IMG/VR virus record: IMGVR_UViG_3300043395_002432
Coordinates: 75,497-139,496 of that record
Source of the DNA: a virus
Direction: 5' to 3' (one strand)
DNA length: 64,000 bases
The notes under the pieces: generated by a model
What the model saw: the letters and a program-made list of their open reading frames with translations, nothing else
Told to the model about the DNA's origin: nothing
Database searches by the model: none
In this document: one piece after another, positions 28,900 through 37,738 of the stretch
Numbering within the stretch: the first letter of the stretch is position 1
How the letters are laid out: each line of letters begins with the position of its first letter
Translations under genes and position numbers: made by a program

Positions 28900-29376
28900 G
28901 AGCATACTCGCCCGCTCTAACGCCGTGAAGAGAAGAATGCCGATCCCTTGCTCGTAGCTCTCGCTTGGTGCGGGGACGTGAAGGCAGAAGGTCAGCCGCG
29001 TCAGGAACTGGCCGTCTGGCACCATGTAGCTCAGCCGGTGATGCCCCTCGCAGGTCGGATCGTAGAACGGCCCATGATGGAGCTTGGTGTGCTTCCCGAT
29101 CCCCTGAATGATCTGCGCCACCGTTCCCGCATGCGACAGATCCGGCACCAAGAGATCCCCACGACGAGCGGGCTTCATGTGCTGCTTGGTGCCAGGACGA
29201 AACCGCAAGAGCCGAAGCCCCTCAGGATCGTAGAGCGAATGCCGCGAGATCAGAAGCGCGAACGCCTCAGGACGAATCTCTGGCTCTGTTAGCCATTCCC
29301 CCCAATCTGGAAGGAGGGAACGAATTCGACTTCGGTTCAACACCCCAGAGGGGGCCACGAGAGGTACTCGACTCAT
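28885..29376 (-). CDS. Hypothetical protein
   Basis: ORF track, gene-dense context. Confidence 0.55.
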   Translation of the reverse strand: MSRVPLVAPSGVLNRSRIRSLLPDWGEWLTEPEIRPEAFALLISRHSLYDPEGLRLLRFRPGTKQHMKPARRGDLLVPDLSHAGTVAQIIQGIGKHTKLHHGPFYDPTCEGHHRLSYMVPDGQFLTRLTFCLHVPAPSESYEQGIGILLFTALERASMLLTQS

Positions 29377-29412
29377 GGCGAGAGACGTAGCCTCCTCTGC
29401 GGGTTCGAGCGA

Positions 29413-29688
29413 TCAGACCGGGTGGTGGTACGCCTCGATCACGACGCTGGCCGGGATGTCGAACTTGTTGCGGAAGTCCGCAATCATGGCGTCGGGGGTA
29501 AAGCGACCGTAGCGCATGACGGGGGTTTCGAGGTCGAAGGTGGAGCCATGCCCCACGCCCTCAGGGAGGTGGGGGTAGTTGTGGCTCTCGATGCGGTAGG
29601 CCCACTTCGAGATCACGCGAAGGCGGATCTTGCGGGGGGCGGGAGCGGGGCAGGAGACCTTGAAGGCGATGCGAGCGACGTTGGTCAT
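29413..29688 (-). CDS. Hypothetical protein
   Basis: AAGGAG RBS before MTNVAR. Confidence 0.6.
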   Translation of the reverse strand: MTNVARIAFKVSCPAPAPRKIRLRVISKWAYRIESHNYPHLPEGVGHGSTFDLETPVMRYGRFTPDAMIADFRNKFDIPASVVIEAYHHPV

Positions 29689-29707
29689 TTTGTGACTCCT
29701 TGAGGGG

Positions 29708-30280
29708 TTAGAGGCGACCATGCCAGGAACGGCGGCTATCTTCGCCCGAGAATGCCCGAGCGTCCATGTCCGCCTCTTGCTGCCGCCAAGCGCGCAGGGC
29801 TTCGGCTTGAGCAAGGCGCTGAGCCTCAGCAGCAGCCGCTTCCCGCCGGATCTGCTCAGCAAAGCTGGCGCGGCGCTCGGCGCGGTCGGGCGAGGCGAGG
29901 GTGAGGGCGATCTGCGCCTCCTCGAAAGCGAGGGCTTGGGGGCGAGGGGGGCGATCAGAGAGGCTCGCGTCGTAGAGTTCGCTGAACGCCTCAAAGGAGG
30001 CGAGAAGGCGCTGAATGAGCGCCTCATTCTCAGGCGTGGGGTTGCTCAGCCCGACGAGCCAGTGAATCCATGCCCATGTGAGGTTCGTCTCACCCTCGGG
30101 CCATTCGGCTGGGGTGAGCGCCATGCTCTCGAGGGCGCGGCGATCCGCCTCGTCGACGGCATGCGTGGCCGCCCGATCCGCCAGCCGGTAAATCCACCGG
30201 CTCCACTCCCCCATGTAGATGTTCTGGTTGAAGAACATGGCTCGCAGCTCGTTGGCGATCTGCGCTGGGGTAGGGGTCAC
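29708..30280 (-). CDS. Hypothetical protein
   Basis: GGAGAG RBS before GTG 30280. Confidence 0.6.
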   Translation of the reverse strand: MTPTPAQIANELRAMFFNQNIYMGEWSRWIYRLADRAATHAVDEADRRALESMALTPAEWPEGETNLTWAWIHWLVGLSNPTPENEALIQRLLASFEAFSELYDASLSDRPPRPQALAFEEAQIALTLASPDRAERRASFAEQIRREAAAAEAQRLAQAEALRAWRQQEADMDARAFSGEDSRRSWHGRL

Positions 30281-30299
30281 GCTCTCTCCGGTTACCCCC

Positions 30300-30343
30300 T
30301 TCATAGGATCGGCTCACCGCTGCGTATGTCAAGATTGTGTCAA
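30300..30343 (-). promoter_or_regulatory. Tandem-TGAC promoter
   Basis: TTGACA-caatc-TTGACA-N21-TATGAA. Confidence 0.6.
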
Positions 30344-31162
30344 GCGGTATCTCCGAATGAGGCTCTGGAGATCAGGGGCGGCGAACGCGGACAATGAGAG
30401 CAATCCCTGGGCGCGCTCGAAGTGCGGTCGCATGAAGTCCTCGGTGATATGCTGCTCAAAGACGAATGAGGCACGCAGGAAGGCATTTTGCGCCTCTCTT
30501 GGTGCCGACTCGAAGGCCATGTCGAGGAGCGCATGCGTAGCTCTCACAGGCTCGGTGCGTGCGAGCGCATGGAGGATCTCGACTCGCCACTCGCCCCTGT
30601 AGTCGTAGATCCAGCCCGTCGAGGCGAGCGAAGGGGCAATGGCCGCACCAAGCATGGAGCGAGCTGGCTCCTGAAGCGAGGGAAGGATCTCCTTGGCGAA
30701 TTCGAATGCGTCGGCTCGAGGGGAGATCATCCAGGCATGCGCCAGATGCAGGTTCTGCTGAAGCGCGGGGAGCGTTCTCTTGGCGGCTTCGAGGGGAAGC
30801 TCCTCGATCCAGGGCTGGCGAGCGACGGAGAGTGCATGCCAGCAAGCCTCCTGCACCGTAGCGAAAGGAAGCAAGCCCCGACTCGATTCGAAAGGAGCCG
30901 ACGCGACCGAGAGCAGGAAAGGGTAGAGCTTCAGGGGGCGAGGGCGACGAGGGAACGCCCAGATCGCACCAAGCGTGACCCAGAAGCGATCCTCGTCCGT
31001 GAAGCGGTCAAGGAACGAGAGGACGAGGAGAAGGTGCGGCTCCGCCTCAGGATCGCTTGCAAGCCAGCCAAAGGCGCTCCCACGCTCCTCTGGGCTGGTT
31101 GGGTAGTAGAGCGCGTAAAGGGCTTCGCTTGCGCCACCCCGTGGCTCCCAGCGGGGATTCAT
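30329..31162 (-). CDS. Hypothetical helical protein
   Basis: ATGA coupling. Confidence 0.6.
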   Translation of the reverse strand: MNPRWEPRGGASEALYALYYPTSPEERGSAFGWLASDPEAEPHLLLVLSFLDRFTDEDRFWVTLGAIWAFPRRPRPLKLYPFLLSVASAPFESSRGLLPFATVQEACWHALSVARQPWIEELPLEAAKRTLPALQQNLHLAHAWMISPRADAFEFAKEILPSLQEPARSMLGAAIAPSLASTGWIYDYRGEWRVEILHALARTEPVRATHALLDMAFESAPREAQNAFLRASFVFEQHITEDFMRPHFERAQGLLSLSAFAAPDLQSLIRRYRLTQS

Positions 31163-31584
31163 TCGGAAAAGAGACCGTAGCCGATCTCCTCGAAAGCTGG
31201 GGCCACACCACGCTCGACGTGCATGCGAATCAGGGGAGCGTCGACGAGGGTCACTTCGAGACCACCAAGACGCAAGAAGGCTGCCGTCGCACTCGCAAGC
31301 TCACACGCAGCGACCTCCTCAGAGAGCATGACCCCAAGTGCGGCGTACTTGGTGCGTACCTCCTCAGAGACACGACACTCCCCGTATCGAGCGCACAAGG
31401 TGCCGGGAGCGAGGGAAGGCTCAAGAAGACGGGCCTTCTCCGCCGCCAAGCGAATCTCCTCCTGCGCCCCCTCCTCCGTCTCGGATTGCACCATGAGGTG
31501 CAGGACGTAGCACTCGTATCGCGCATGGTGCCGCGAAGAGGCGTTCCCGATCTTGAGCGTGAAGTGACGAGAATGGCTCATCAT
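31159..31584 (-). CDS. Hypothetical protein
   Basis: ATGA coupling. Confidence 0.6.
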   Translation of the reverse strand: MMSHSRHFTLKIGNASSRHHARYECYVLHLMVQSETEEGAQEEIRLAAEKARLLEPSLAPGTLCARYGECRVSEEVRTKYAALGVMLSEEVAACELASATAAFLRLGGLEVTLVDAPLIRMHVERGVAPAFEEIGYGLFSE

Positions 31585-31946
31585 TTCACCTGAAAGAAGG
31601 ACGCGATCCCCTCGAGGCCGATTCGGGTCTCTTCGATCTCGTCCTCATTGCGCTTGACCCAGATTTGGGCTGCCTCGAGCGCATGCATGGCCACCTCCTT
31701 CTCGTCGAGAGCTTGCCAACGCCGCTCCTCGAGGCACTCGTAGAGATACTTGAGCGCGTAGCGTGCCACCTCCTCTCTGGTGGCGCGATCAGGATCGAGA
31801 TCGCACCCCCTCATTGGGGTTAAGAGGAATTCTTGGTCTCGATAAAAATAAAGGCACCAACATGGTGGCTTATCACAATCCGGCTTGTGATACTCCACAA
31901 CCGCCTCTTCACCGAGAATCTTCTTGAGAAGCTCTACCGCTGTCAC
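31581..31946 (-). CDS. Hypothetical protein, EEVAR paralog family
   Basis: GAGG RBS before GTG; TAVELL..ATREEVARYAL + coiled coil. Confidence 0.6.
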   Translation of the reverse strand: MTAVELLKKILGEEAVVEYHKPDCDKPPCWCLYFYRDQEFLLTPMRGCDLDPDRATREEVARYALKYLYECLEERRWQALDEKEVAMHALEAAQIWVKRNEDEIEETRIGLEGIASFFQVK

Positions 31947-32304
31947 CGATTCCTCGCACATTGTCCCGAATGAAGGGGCCGAGCTTGGCGGGCGGGACGT
32001 ACCGCTCGTCGACCGTGAACGGCGCGGAGAGGTGGCCGCGCTGCATGCGTACCCTGTAACGAGGGTCACCGTCCCGTGCCGTCACGCGAACCCATGTCCC
32101 CTGCTTCTCTCCGCGAGCGAAGAAGGTCAGGGTGACCTCGCGCATGGAGTAGTCCCCCTCCCAGCGAGGGTCGAAGTACCGAATCTCGGAGAGGACGCGT
32201 TCTCCGATCACCCGGCGGATCGTCTCCGCCTTCGCGTACACCTCCTTCGCCCAGAGATCCTTCTTGAGTTGCGGGAAGCCCTGGCGAAAGTCGAACATGC
32301 TCAC
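31909..32304 (-). CDS. Hypothetical protein
   Basis: First gene behind promoter at 32314-32356. Confidence 0.6.
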   Translation of the reverse strand: MSMFDFRQGFPQLKKDLWAKEVYAKAETIRRVIGERVLSEIRYFDPRWEGDYSMREVTLTFFARGEKQGTWVRVTARDGDPRYRVRMQRGHLSAPFTVDERYVPPAKLGPFIRDNVRGIGDSGRASQEDSR

Positions 32305-32313
32305 CTCGGGAGA

Positions 32314-32356
32314 AGGATACGCGCCCTGCTACCGCGTTGCGTCAAGAAGGTGTCAG
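32314..32356 (-). promoter_or_regulatory. Tandem-TGAC promoter
   Basis: CTGACA-ccttc-TTGACG-N20-TATCCT; abuts 14-bp palindrome at 32357. Confidence 0.6.
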
Positions 32357-32370
32357 CGAATTCGACTTCG

Positions 32371-32658
32371 TCAGTAGACTCGCTGCCGCCCCCTGAGGAC
32401 TCGCTCGTCCTCCTCGGCACCAAAGATGGTCTCGAACTCGACGTCGAGCGAACCCACGGAGCCTTGGCAGCGCGTGCAAGCAGCGGGGGAGGATGCCCCG
32501 TAGTCCGTGGTGCGCGTCTTTCCCTTGATGCCAGCGACCTGAAGATCCTCGGGGGAACACTCGCAATGCAGCCCCTCCACCAAGACGAACGGCGCTCCCT
32601 CGTAGGGCAGTCGAGCCGACGCCTCGCGCCCGTCGTGAAGCCTGAGCGTGATCTTCAT
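32371..32658 (-). CDS. Small zinc-ribbon protein
   Basis: CEC...CTRC; TIFGAEEDERVLRGR C-terminus. Confidence 0.65.
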   Translation of the reverse strand: MKITLRLHDGREASARLPYEGAPFVLVEGLHCECSPEDLQVAGIKGKTRTTDYGASSPAACTRCQGSVGSLDVEFETIFGAEEDERVLRGRQRVY

Positions 32659-32900
32659 GACTGATCCTTGAGGTACGCCTCGAGCCGAGCAAAGCCCCGC
32701 TCCTCGCTCTCCCGAGAGAAGCCACGCTCCTTGGTGCGCTCAGGGTAAGCGTTCGTCACGCGAACGATACGACCTCGCTCGTCCAGATCCACGTCGAGCG
32801 CAATCGTCCAGCCAAAGAGGTGCAAAGATCGGTTGATCCACCAAAGAAGGCCAGTCGCCTGAAAGGTCTTCCACGCCTCGGCAGCTTCGGGGGTGATCAT
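32655..32900 (-). CDS. Hypothetical phage protein
   Basis: F..TGLLWWINRSLHLFGWTI...RGFS motif; ATGA coupling. Confidence 0.65.
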   Translation of the reverse strand: MITPEAAEAWKTFQATGLLWWINRSLHLFGWTIALDVDLDERGRIVRVTNAYPERTKERGFSRESEERGFARLEAYLKDQS

Positions 32901-33109
32901 AGATTCAACTTGTTCGGATCGGGGTTTTGTGAGATGAAGACCACAGCCTCAGCCTCAGCCTCCTCTCGCGTAGGTTCGGTGAGGTAGGTAGAGATGCTGG
33001 TGAGGATCTTGCCATCGGGGGTCTTCACCTGAAGGGTGGCGCACCAACCCCTCGGGCTTGGAAGGATCGAAGTGACTACCCAGACAGATCCAGGCGGGTA
33101 GGTGTTCAT
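32897..33109 (-). CDS. Hypothetical protein
   Basis: ATGA coupling. Confidence 0.55.
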   Translation of the reverse strand: MNTYPPGSVWVVTSILPSPRGWCATLQVKTPDGKILTSISTYLTEPTREEAEAEAVVFISQNPDPNKLNL

Positions 33110-33657
33110 TTGCGGCTCCTGCGATGGCGCGGAGGTGGTGGGGTGAAGGGAGTGGGCTTCGATGGGGGCTTCTCCGCGCTCTTCTCCGCTCTATTCGTAC
33201 TCGTCGTCGTCGACGCCCTAACGAAGTCGTCGAAGGATCGAGCGCCTTGCTTGAGCTGGAGGTTGAGCGAGGGAATGGCCAGCGTGTGGACGGCTTCGGG
33301 CAGAGCAGGCTCGAGGATCAGCCTAAGCTGCCGCTCCTTCTCCTCGTGCTTGAGCGCATCTTCGTCCCAGGTGGCGGCAGAGCGACGGGCCTGCTCGGCA
33401 CCAACCCGAGCGAGCTGAGCGAGTTTGGCCGCTGTCTCTATCGCCGCCACCAACTCCGCACGGGCCAATTCCTCGGGCGTGCTGCTCTTGGGGAGATTGC
33501 GGCAGGCGTACAGGAACGCCTCCTGCGCTGCGCCTTCAGCGTCGACGTAGCGCATGCGCCACGGCTCCCCTTGGTGCGAGGCAGCTTCCGCGTCGTAGCG
33601 GAAGGAGACCGCACCAACCGCCCCGTGCTTCTCCTCGAGCCAACGAAGCACCATCAT
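33106..33657 (-). CDS. Hypothetical protein, EEVAR paralog family
   Basis: VSFRYD..W..STPEELARAEL + coiled coil. Confidence 0.6.
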   Translation of the reverse strand: MMVLRWLEEKHGAVGAVSFRYDAEAASHQGEPWRMRYVDAEGAAQEAFLYACRNLPKSSTPEELARAELVAAIETAAKLAQLARVGAEQARRSAATWDEDALKHEEKERQLRLILEPALPEAVHTLAIPSLNLQLKQGARSFDDFVRASTTTSTNRAEKSAEKPPSKPTPFTPPPPRHRRSRK

Positions 33658-34109
33658 TCGTTCCTCCGTTCAAGCGCCAGCTTGGCGTAGTAGATGTAGT
33701 CCTTCCGAACCGCCTCAATGTCTGCGTAATCCTCAAAGGAAACGAATTCGAATTCGACGCCTGCACCTTGTGCGTAGATCAGGACTCGGCGCAGTGTGGG
33801 GTCTCGAGGCACATGCTTCGGATGGAGTTCGGGAATGAACCGCAAGACGACGGCCCGATCCCCAAGCTCGACCCGCACCTCCCACGGGAGCGGGGAGAGA
33901 TACTCCGTCACGCCCGACGCCCGCTCGAAGGACTCTCGGGAATCAGGTCGCCAGCTCGGTCTTGGTGCAGGACAAGATCCGACTCGCTCGCTCACGACGG
34001 CGAGCTGAGCGCGAGTACGCTCAAGGGTCTCCTTCAGGAGGTCGAACTCCTCCCGAGAGACCTGGGAGGGCCGAGAGAGGACGCGCCGAAGGCGAGAGAG
34101 GAGGCTCAT
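33654..34109 (-). CDS. Hypothetical protein
   Basis: ATGA coupling. Confidence 0.6.
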   Translation of the reverse strand: MSLLSRLRRVLSRPSQVSREEFDLLKETLERTRAQLAVVSERVGSCPAPRPSWRPDSRESFERASGVTEYLSPLPWEVRVELGDRAVVLRFIPELHPKHVPRDPTLRRVLIYAQGAGVEFEFVSFEDYADIEAVRKDYIYYAKLALERRNE

Positions 34110-34480
34110 GCCGACTCCAGAGAAGCGAGGAGGAGGGCAGCGTAGTCAGCCCGATCTTGCACCTCAGAGATCGCCGCCTCGACCTCCTCATTGGTGCCAA
34201 TGTCGAGCAGAGGGTAGAGGCTCAGGTCGGGAGGATCGGCCTGAATCTCCCTCATGGCCCGAACGCGAGTCTCGGCTCGCGCCCGGAAACCTTCAAGGGC
34301 TTGCCGCGCCACCTCCTCATGCGAGAGGGTCTCCTCCGTTGCGGCGGTCGGACGACGCTCCTCACGACCGCGCTCGTCCTCCCAGACCACGAACCAGCAC
34401 CAACCCTCGAAGCGCAAGCGAGGAGAGGTGACCTGCTGGAAGCGGCCCAGGTACGCACCAAGCGCCTCGAGCGCAGTCAC
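34106..34480 (-). CDS. Hypothetical protein, EEVAR paralog family
   Basis: VTALEAL..LSHEEVARQAL; GTGA coupling. Confidence 0.6.
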   Translation of the reverse strand: MTALEALGAYLGRFQQVTSPRLRFEGWCWFVVWEDERGREERRPTAATEETLSHEEVARQALEGFRARAETRVRAMREIQADPPDLSLYPLLDIGTNEEVEAAISEVQDRADYAALLLASLESA

Positions 34481-35220
34481 TTCAGCACCCAGCGCATGCC
34501 TGGGAAGGCAGAGATGCACTTCAACACCGAGCGCATGTCAGGGAAGGCAGAGATACGCTGAGCATTCTTGGTGTGAATCGCCAGACGCTCCTCGGCCCGA
34601 AGAAGATCGGCGCGCAGCCCCTCGATTCGCTCGGTCTCCGTGCGGATGGCGTCTTGGATCTGACCGTGCAGGTACAGCAGGGAAGCCCTCGAAAGATCCT
34701 CGGGGGTGGCCGTGGAGAGCATCTGGCGACATGACTGCGCGGGAGAAAATCCGAGATCGCCCCCTTTTCGAGCGTGCCAGATCGGCGGGCCAAAGGGCTT
34801 CCCTGAGAGGTCAGTCTCCTGCTGGTAAGCGAATTCGACTTCGCTCACGCCGAGGATCAAGGCAAGCAGCGCCTGCCCCGACACAGCCTCCATCGTGTCC
34901 GCTTCAGCCTCGAGCTTAGAAGCCTCATGGGCGTGACTTCTGGCTGACCGAGCTTGCTGCTCCGAGCTTGCCCGCAGACTCGCGGAGGTGGCACGCAGCG
35001 GGGCTGCACCAAGACGGAGAGGTTCGGCGCGACAGAGAAGCTCGAAGCGAGCGACCGACTCGGGATCGGCCCCTTCAAGGTCGTTCCGAGCGTCGCAGGG
35101 AACGTGCTGAGGGCCAAATACCGTCTCCAGATCCATGATCCAGCGTGACGTAGAGCCGTCGTACCGAAACGAGATCCGCTTCGCTCCCTCGAGGGAGCAG
35201 AGGAATTCGAGCGCGGTCAC
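34477..35220 (-). CDS. Hypothetical protein with two EEVAR-family domains
   Basis: VTALEFL..ISFRYD..DPESVARFEL and ..ATPEDLSRASL. Confidence 0.6.
   Translation of the reverse strand: MTALEFLCSLEGAKRISFRYDGSTSRWIMDLETVFGPQHVPCDARNDLEGADPESVARFELLCRAEPLRLGAAPLRATSASLRASSEQQARSARSHAHEASKLEAEADTMEAVSGQALLALILGVSEVEFAYQQETDLSGKPFGPPIWHARKGGDLGFSPAQSCRQMLSTATPEDLSRASLLYLHGQIQDAIRTETERIEGLRADLLRAEERLAIHTKNAQRISAFPDMRSVLKCISAFPGMRWVLK
34478..34555. repeat. Imperfect 39-bp tandem duplication
   Basis: cacttcagcacccagcgcatgcctgggaaggcagagatg / cacttcaacaccgagcgcatgtcagggaaggcagagata. Confidence 0.8.
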
Positions 35221-35429
35221 TCGGTCTCCAGGGCGCGAAAACCGCCAGTCGAGGCGAGGACAATCGCTGCCACCACCAAGAGCATGTCGGGAGACGTGGG
35301 GCCAAAGCCGAGGTAGGTCGCCATGCCCCCTATCGCTTTGGCGATCATGACCAGCGCGAAGAGGTTGCACAGCGCCGTCAGGGTGAGCGCCCCCAATGCG
35401 AACAAGATGGAACCGATCTTCTTACTCAT
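35217..35429 (-). CDS. Small two-TM membrane protein
   Basis: AAGGAG RBS; two hydrophobic helices. Confidence 0.65.
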   Translation of the reverse strand: MSKKIGSILFALGALTLTALCNLFALVMIAKAIGGMATYLGFGPTSPDMLLVVAAIVLASTGGFRALETE

Positions 35430-35803
35430 GTGGACTCCTTGGTGGGATTCAGAATGCGAAGGCGAAATTTGAGTGCCTGAGCCATGAGCGCGTGGTACTC
35501 CGCCAAGAGGTGCCACGGGCCAGGGTGCTGGAGCGCGCTTTCCTCGGCGGCAGCGGCCTGATCGAGGTGGTAGCCAGCCTCGTTGGCGTCGAATGCCTCC
35601 TGCACCTCAAGCGCAATCTCAGCAGCCCGCTCGGGGCTGGTGTTCGGATCGTGCCAGTCAAGACTGACAGGAACGCTCCTGAACCCGTCAGACGTGGAGC
35701 CGCGCAAGAACCAGCTATCTCCGCTCCGCCGCATGCTGGCCGTCTGCGGCGGAATGCCGTGATACAGCGCGAGGCGCTCAAGGGCGGTTGGGGTGAGGCT
35801 CAC
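35426..35803 (-). CDS. Hypothetical protein, EEVAR paralog family
   Basis: TPTALERL..TSPERAAEIAL. Confidence 0.55.
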   Translation of the reverse strand: MSLTPTALERLALYHGIPPQTASMRRSGDSWFLRGSTSDGFRSVPVSLDWHDPNTSPERAAEIALEVQEAFDANEAGYHLDQAAAAEESALQHPGPWHLLAEYHALMAQALKFRLRILNPTKEST

Positions 35804-36204
35804 GTCGTCCTCCACGTCCATTCAACGCACCGCGTCATGATCGGGCCGCGCCGAAAGGAGCGGGCGTATTCGGTACACTCATCGGCCCAGGCGGGGCTGG
35901 CGAGCTGGACGCACACCTCGGTCAGCGCACGGATCGCGTCAGCGGTGGGGATGCGAATGTCGCCGCTCCAGATGTTGACCGACACCAGCCCCAACCGGGC
36001 AGGGGCGTCGTCGGAAGGGGTGCGGATCAGCAGCGACCACGAAGGCGGCATGTCCAGCCACGCCGATACGCGGAGATGCCCGGACAGAATGGGGTGGACG
36101 ATGCGGTGGATCGTGAGCGTGCCGCTTTCGTCGGAGAGTTGCCGGGGTGGCCCGAGGTCAACACCGGCAGCGGAGAGGGCGGCGCGCACGTCGTCGGCGG
36201 TCAT
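35800..36204 (-). CDS. Hypothetical protein
   Basis: ATGA coupling. Confidence 0.55.
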   Translation of the reverse strand: MTADDVRAALSAAGVDLGPPRQLSDESGTLTIHRIVHPILSGHLRVSAWLDMPPSWSLLIRTPSDDAPARLGLVSVNIWSGDIRIPTADAIRALTEVCVQLASPAWADECTEYARSFRRGPIMTRCVEWTWRTT

Positions 36205-36542
36205 TGGCGCTCCAGGGCTTCGGCCCGCTCGATCAGGCGCTCAGCGGCGTATTGGTGCGCCTCAGCCTCATGACGCAGGACGAGGGCTTCCTCAGCCCGC
36301 TGGAGGCGCTGTCGCTGCTCGGGCGTGATCGCCCTGAGGGCGAGGATCATGGAGGCGACCTGATCCTCGTCAACCCCGTCACAGTACCCCTCGGGGCGGG
36401 GAAGGAGCGGGCGTCGGTGCGCTCGGGCGGAGTGGACGACGAACCGAAGCCCTCCCTCCTCCTCTTCAAAGTACGCCCCGCTGTCGGCCTTGAACCCCAG
36501 GACGACAGAGAGCTTCTGCATCTCGCTAAGCGTGGGCTTCAT
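36201..36542 (-). CDS. Hypothetical protein
   Basis: GGAGAG RBS; behind promoter 36559-36602. Confidence 0.6.
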   Translation of the reverse strand: MKPTLSEMQKLSVVLGFKADSGAYFEEEEGGLRFVVHSARAHRRPLLPRPEGYCDGVDEDQVASMILALRAITPEQRQRLQRAEEALVLRHEAEAHQYAAERLIERAEALERQ

Positions 36543-36558
36543 CTTCTCTCCGCAGCCA

Positions 36559-36602
36559 TTCATAGGATCGAGGAGGCTCGGGGAGCGTCAAGAAGGTGTC
36601 AA
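36559..36602 (-). promoter_or_regulatory. Tandem-TGAC promoter
   Basis: TTGACA-ccttc-TTGACG-N21-TATGAA. Confidence 0.6.
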
Positions 36603-36664
36603 GCGAGCAAGTAGGGTCACGACCTTGTCGTGCCGACGACGCTCAGCGTAGTACTGAAGCGCGG

Positions 36665-36871
36665 TCATGTCTCCTCCGAAGTCGAATTCGCACCAAGAGC
36701 GTGGAGGTACTCCACTTCCTCGCTGGTGAGATCAAGCGTGAGCGTAGCGCCACCAAGAAGGGCGTCCGTCGCCTCCAGCGCAGCCTTCAGCCCGAAGTGC
36801 TGGGTCTCTATGAGGAATTGGGTGAACGGAATCTTCTTGAAGCCCGGTCGAAAGCCTGTGATTCGTGTCAT
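36665..36871 (-). CDS. Small protein, L7/L12-CTD-like pattern
   Basis: GFKKIPFTQFL..FGLKAALEATDALL. Confidence 0.5.
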   Translation of the reverse strand: MTRITGFRPGFKKIPFTQFLIETQHFGLKAALEATDALLGGATLTLDLTSEEVEYLHALGANSTSEET

Positions 36872-37110
36872 GGCAGGAACCCCTGAAGCTCGTGGATCTC
36901 TACAGAAGGGCCGAGGTCGTCAAGCTCCGAGAGCGCAACGCGGTTGACCTCGAGCGAGTGGGAAGCGAGAGTCGCCGTCCGCCCGCGAAGGAGCCGATCC
37001 AGCACCAATGAAACCGCGACCTCGTTGCAGCCAAGCTGCCGCAGAAGGCGCATGACCTCCTGGCTCTTGGTGGGATCGAGGATCGGGTTCGGCGTGATCA
37101 AGATAAGCAT
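36868..37110 (-). CDS. Small hypothetical protein
   Basis: ATGA coupling; similar pattern to neighbour. Confidence 0.55.
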   Translation of the reverse strand: MLILITPNPILDPTKSQEVMRLLRQLGCNEVAVSLVLDRLLRGRTATLASHSLEVNRVALSELDDLGPSVEIHELQGFLP

Positions 37111-37439
37111 TCGCCCCTCTGGAACCGCTCAATGATCCCAATCCGCTCCTGGGCGTCGAGGAGGTCTTGCGCGAGATCCTCGCGGTGGTCTTGATCCTCG
37201 ACAGGGACGGCCTGATACCGTTCGACCTGCCGAAGCCACAACTGCCGGTGCGCCTCAAGGTGGCGACCCGCCACCTCCTCAAGCGTGAGAGAAGGATCGT
37301 CGATCCCGTCGAAGGGAATCGACGGGAGTCGACGAGGAAGCTCCCCCCAGCTCACCAAGACCTCCCACGCGGAGGTGAAGCGGATCTCGACAGTGTCGGC
37401 GGAGTAGAGCCACAGAAGGTACGCCTCGAAGGGGGTCAC
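37098..37439 (-). CDS. Hypothetical protein, EEVAR paralog family
   Basis: TPFEAYL..VEIRF..W..LTLEEVAGRHL + coiled coil. Confidence 0.6.
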   Translation of the reverse strand: MTPFEAYLLWLYSADTVEIRFTSAWEVLVSWGELPRRLPSIPFDGIDDPSLTLEEVAGRHLEAHRQLWLRQVERYQAVPVEDQDHREDLAQDLLDAQERIGIIERFQRGECLS

Positions 37440-37678
37440 GCGACAACCAAGAGCGGGGACTCTTGGGCAGAGACCCCAAGTGAGGCGAAGCTGAGCCGCC
37501 GCTCAAGGCTCTCCTCCTTGCGATGCGCGAGGTTGACCCACTCGCCACGCGAAAGGGTCAGTGCCGCCATGTGGGCGTCGAACGCGTGGAAGCCGAGTTC
37601 GAGCAGAAGCTGCTCGACCGCAGCCTCCTTCTCGACTTCGCTCTCGAGACCAGCGGGCTTCAGGGTGAGGAGGGTCAT
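37436..37678 (-). CDS. Small hypothetical protein
   Basis: GGAGGAG RBS. Confidence 0.6.
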   Translation of the reverse strand: MTLLTLKPAGLESEVEKEAAVEQLLLELGFHAFDAHMAALTLSRGEWVNLAHRKEESLERRLSFASLGVSAQESPLLVVA

Positions 37679-37694
37679 GGCGTTCTCCTCCCCC

Positions 37695-37738
37695 AAGCTA
37701 AGCGCAGTAACGCGAGAGGGGCGTCAAGAACGTGTCAA
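37695..37738 (-). promoter_or_regulatory. Tandem-TGAC promoter
   Basis: TTGACA-cgttc-TTGACG-N21-TAGCTT. Confidence 0.6.
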
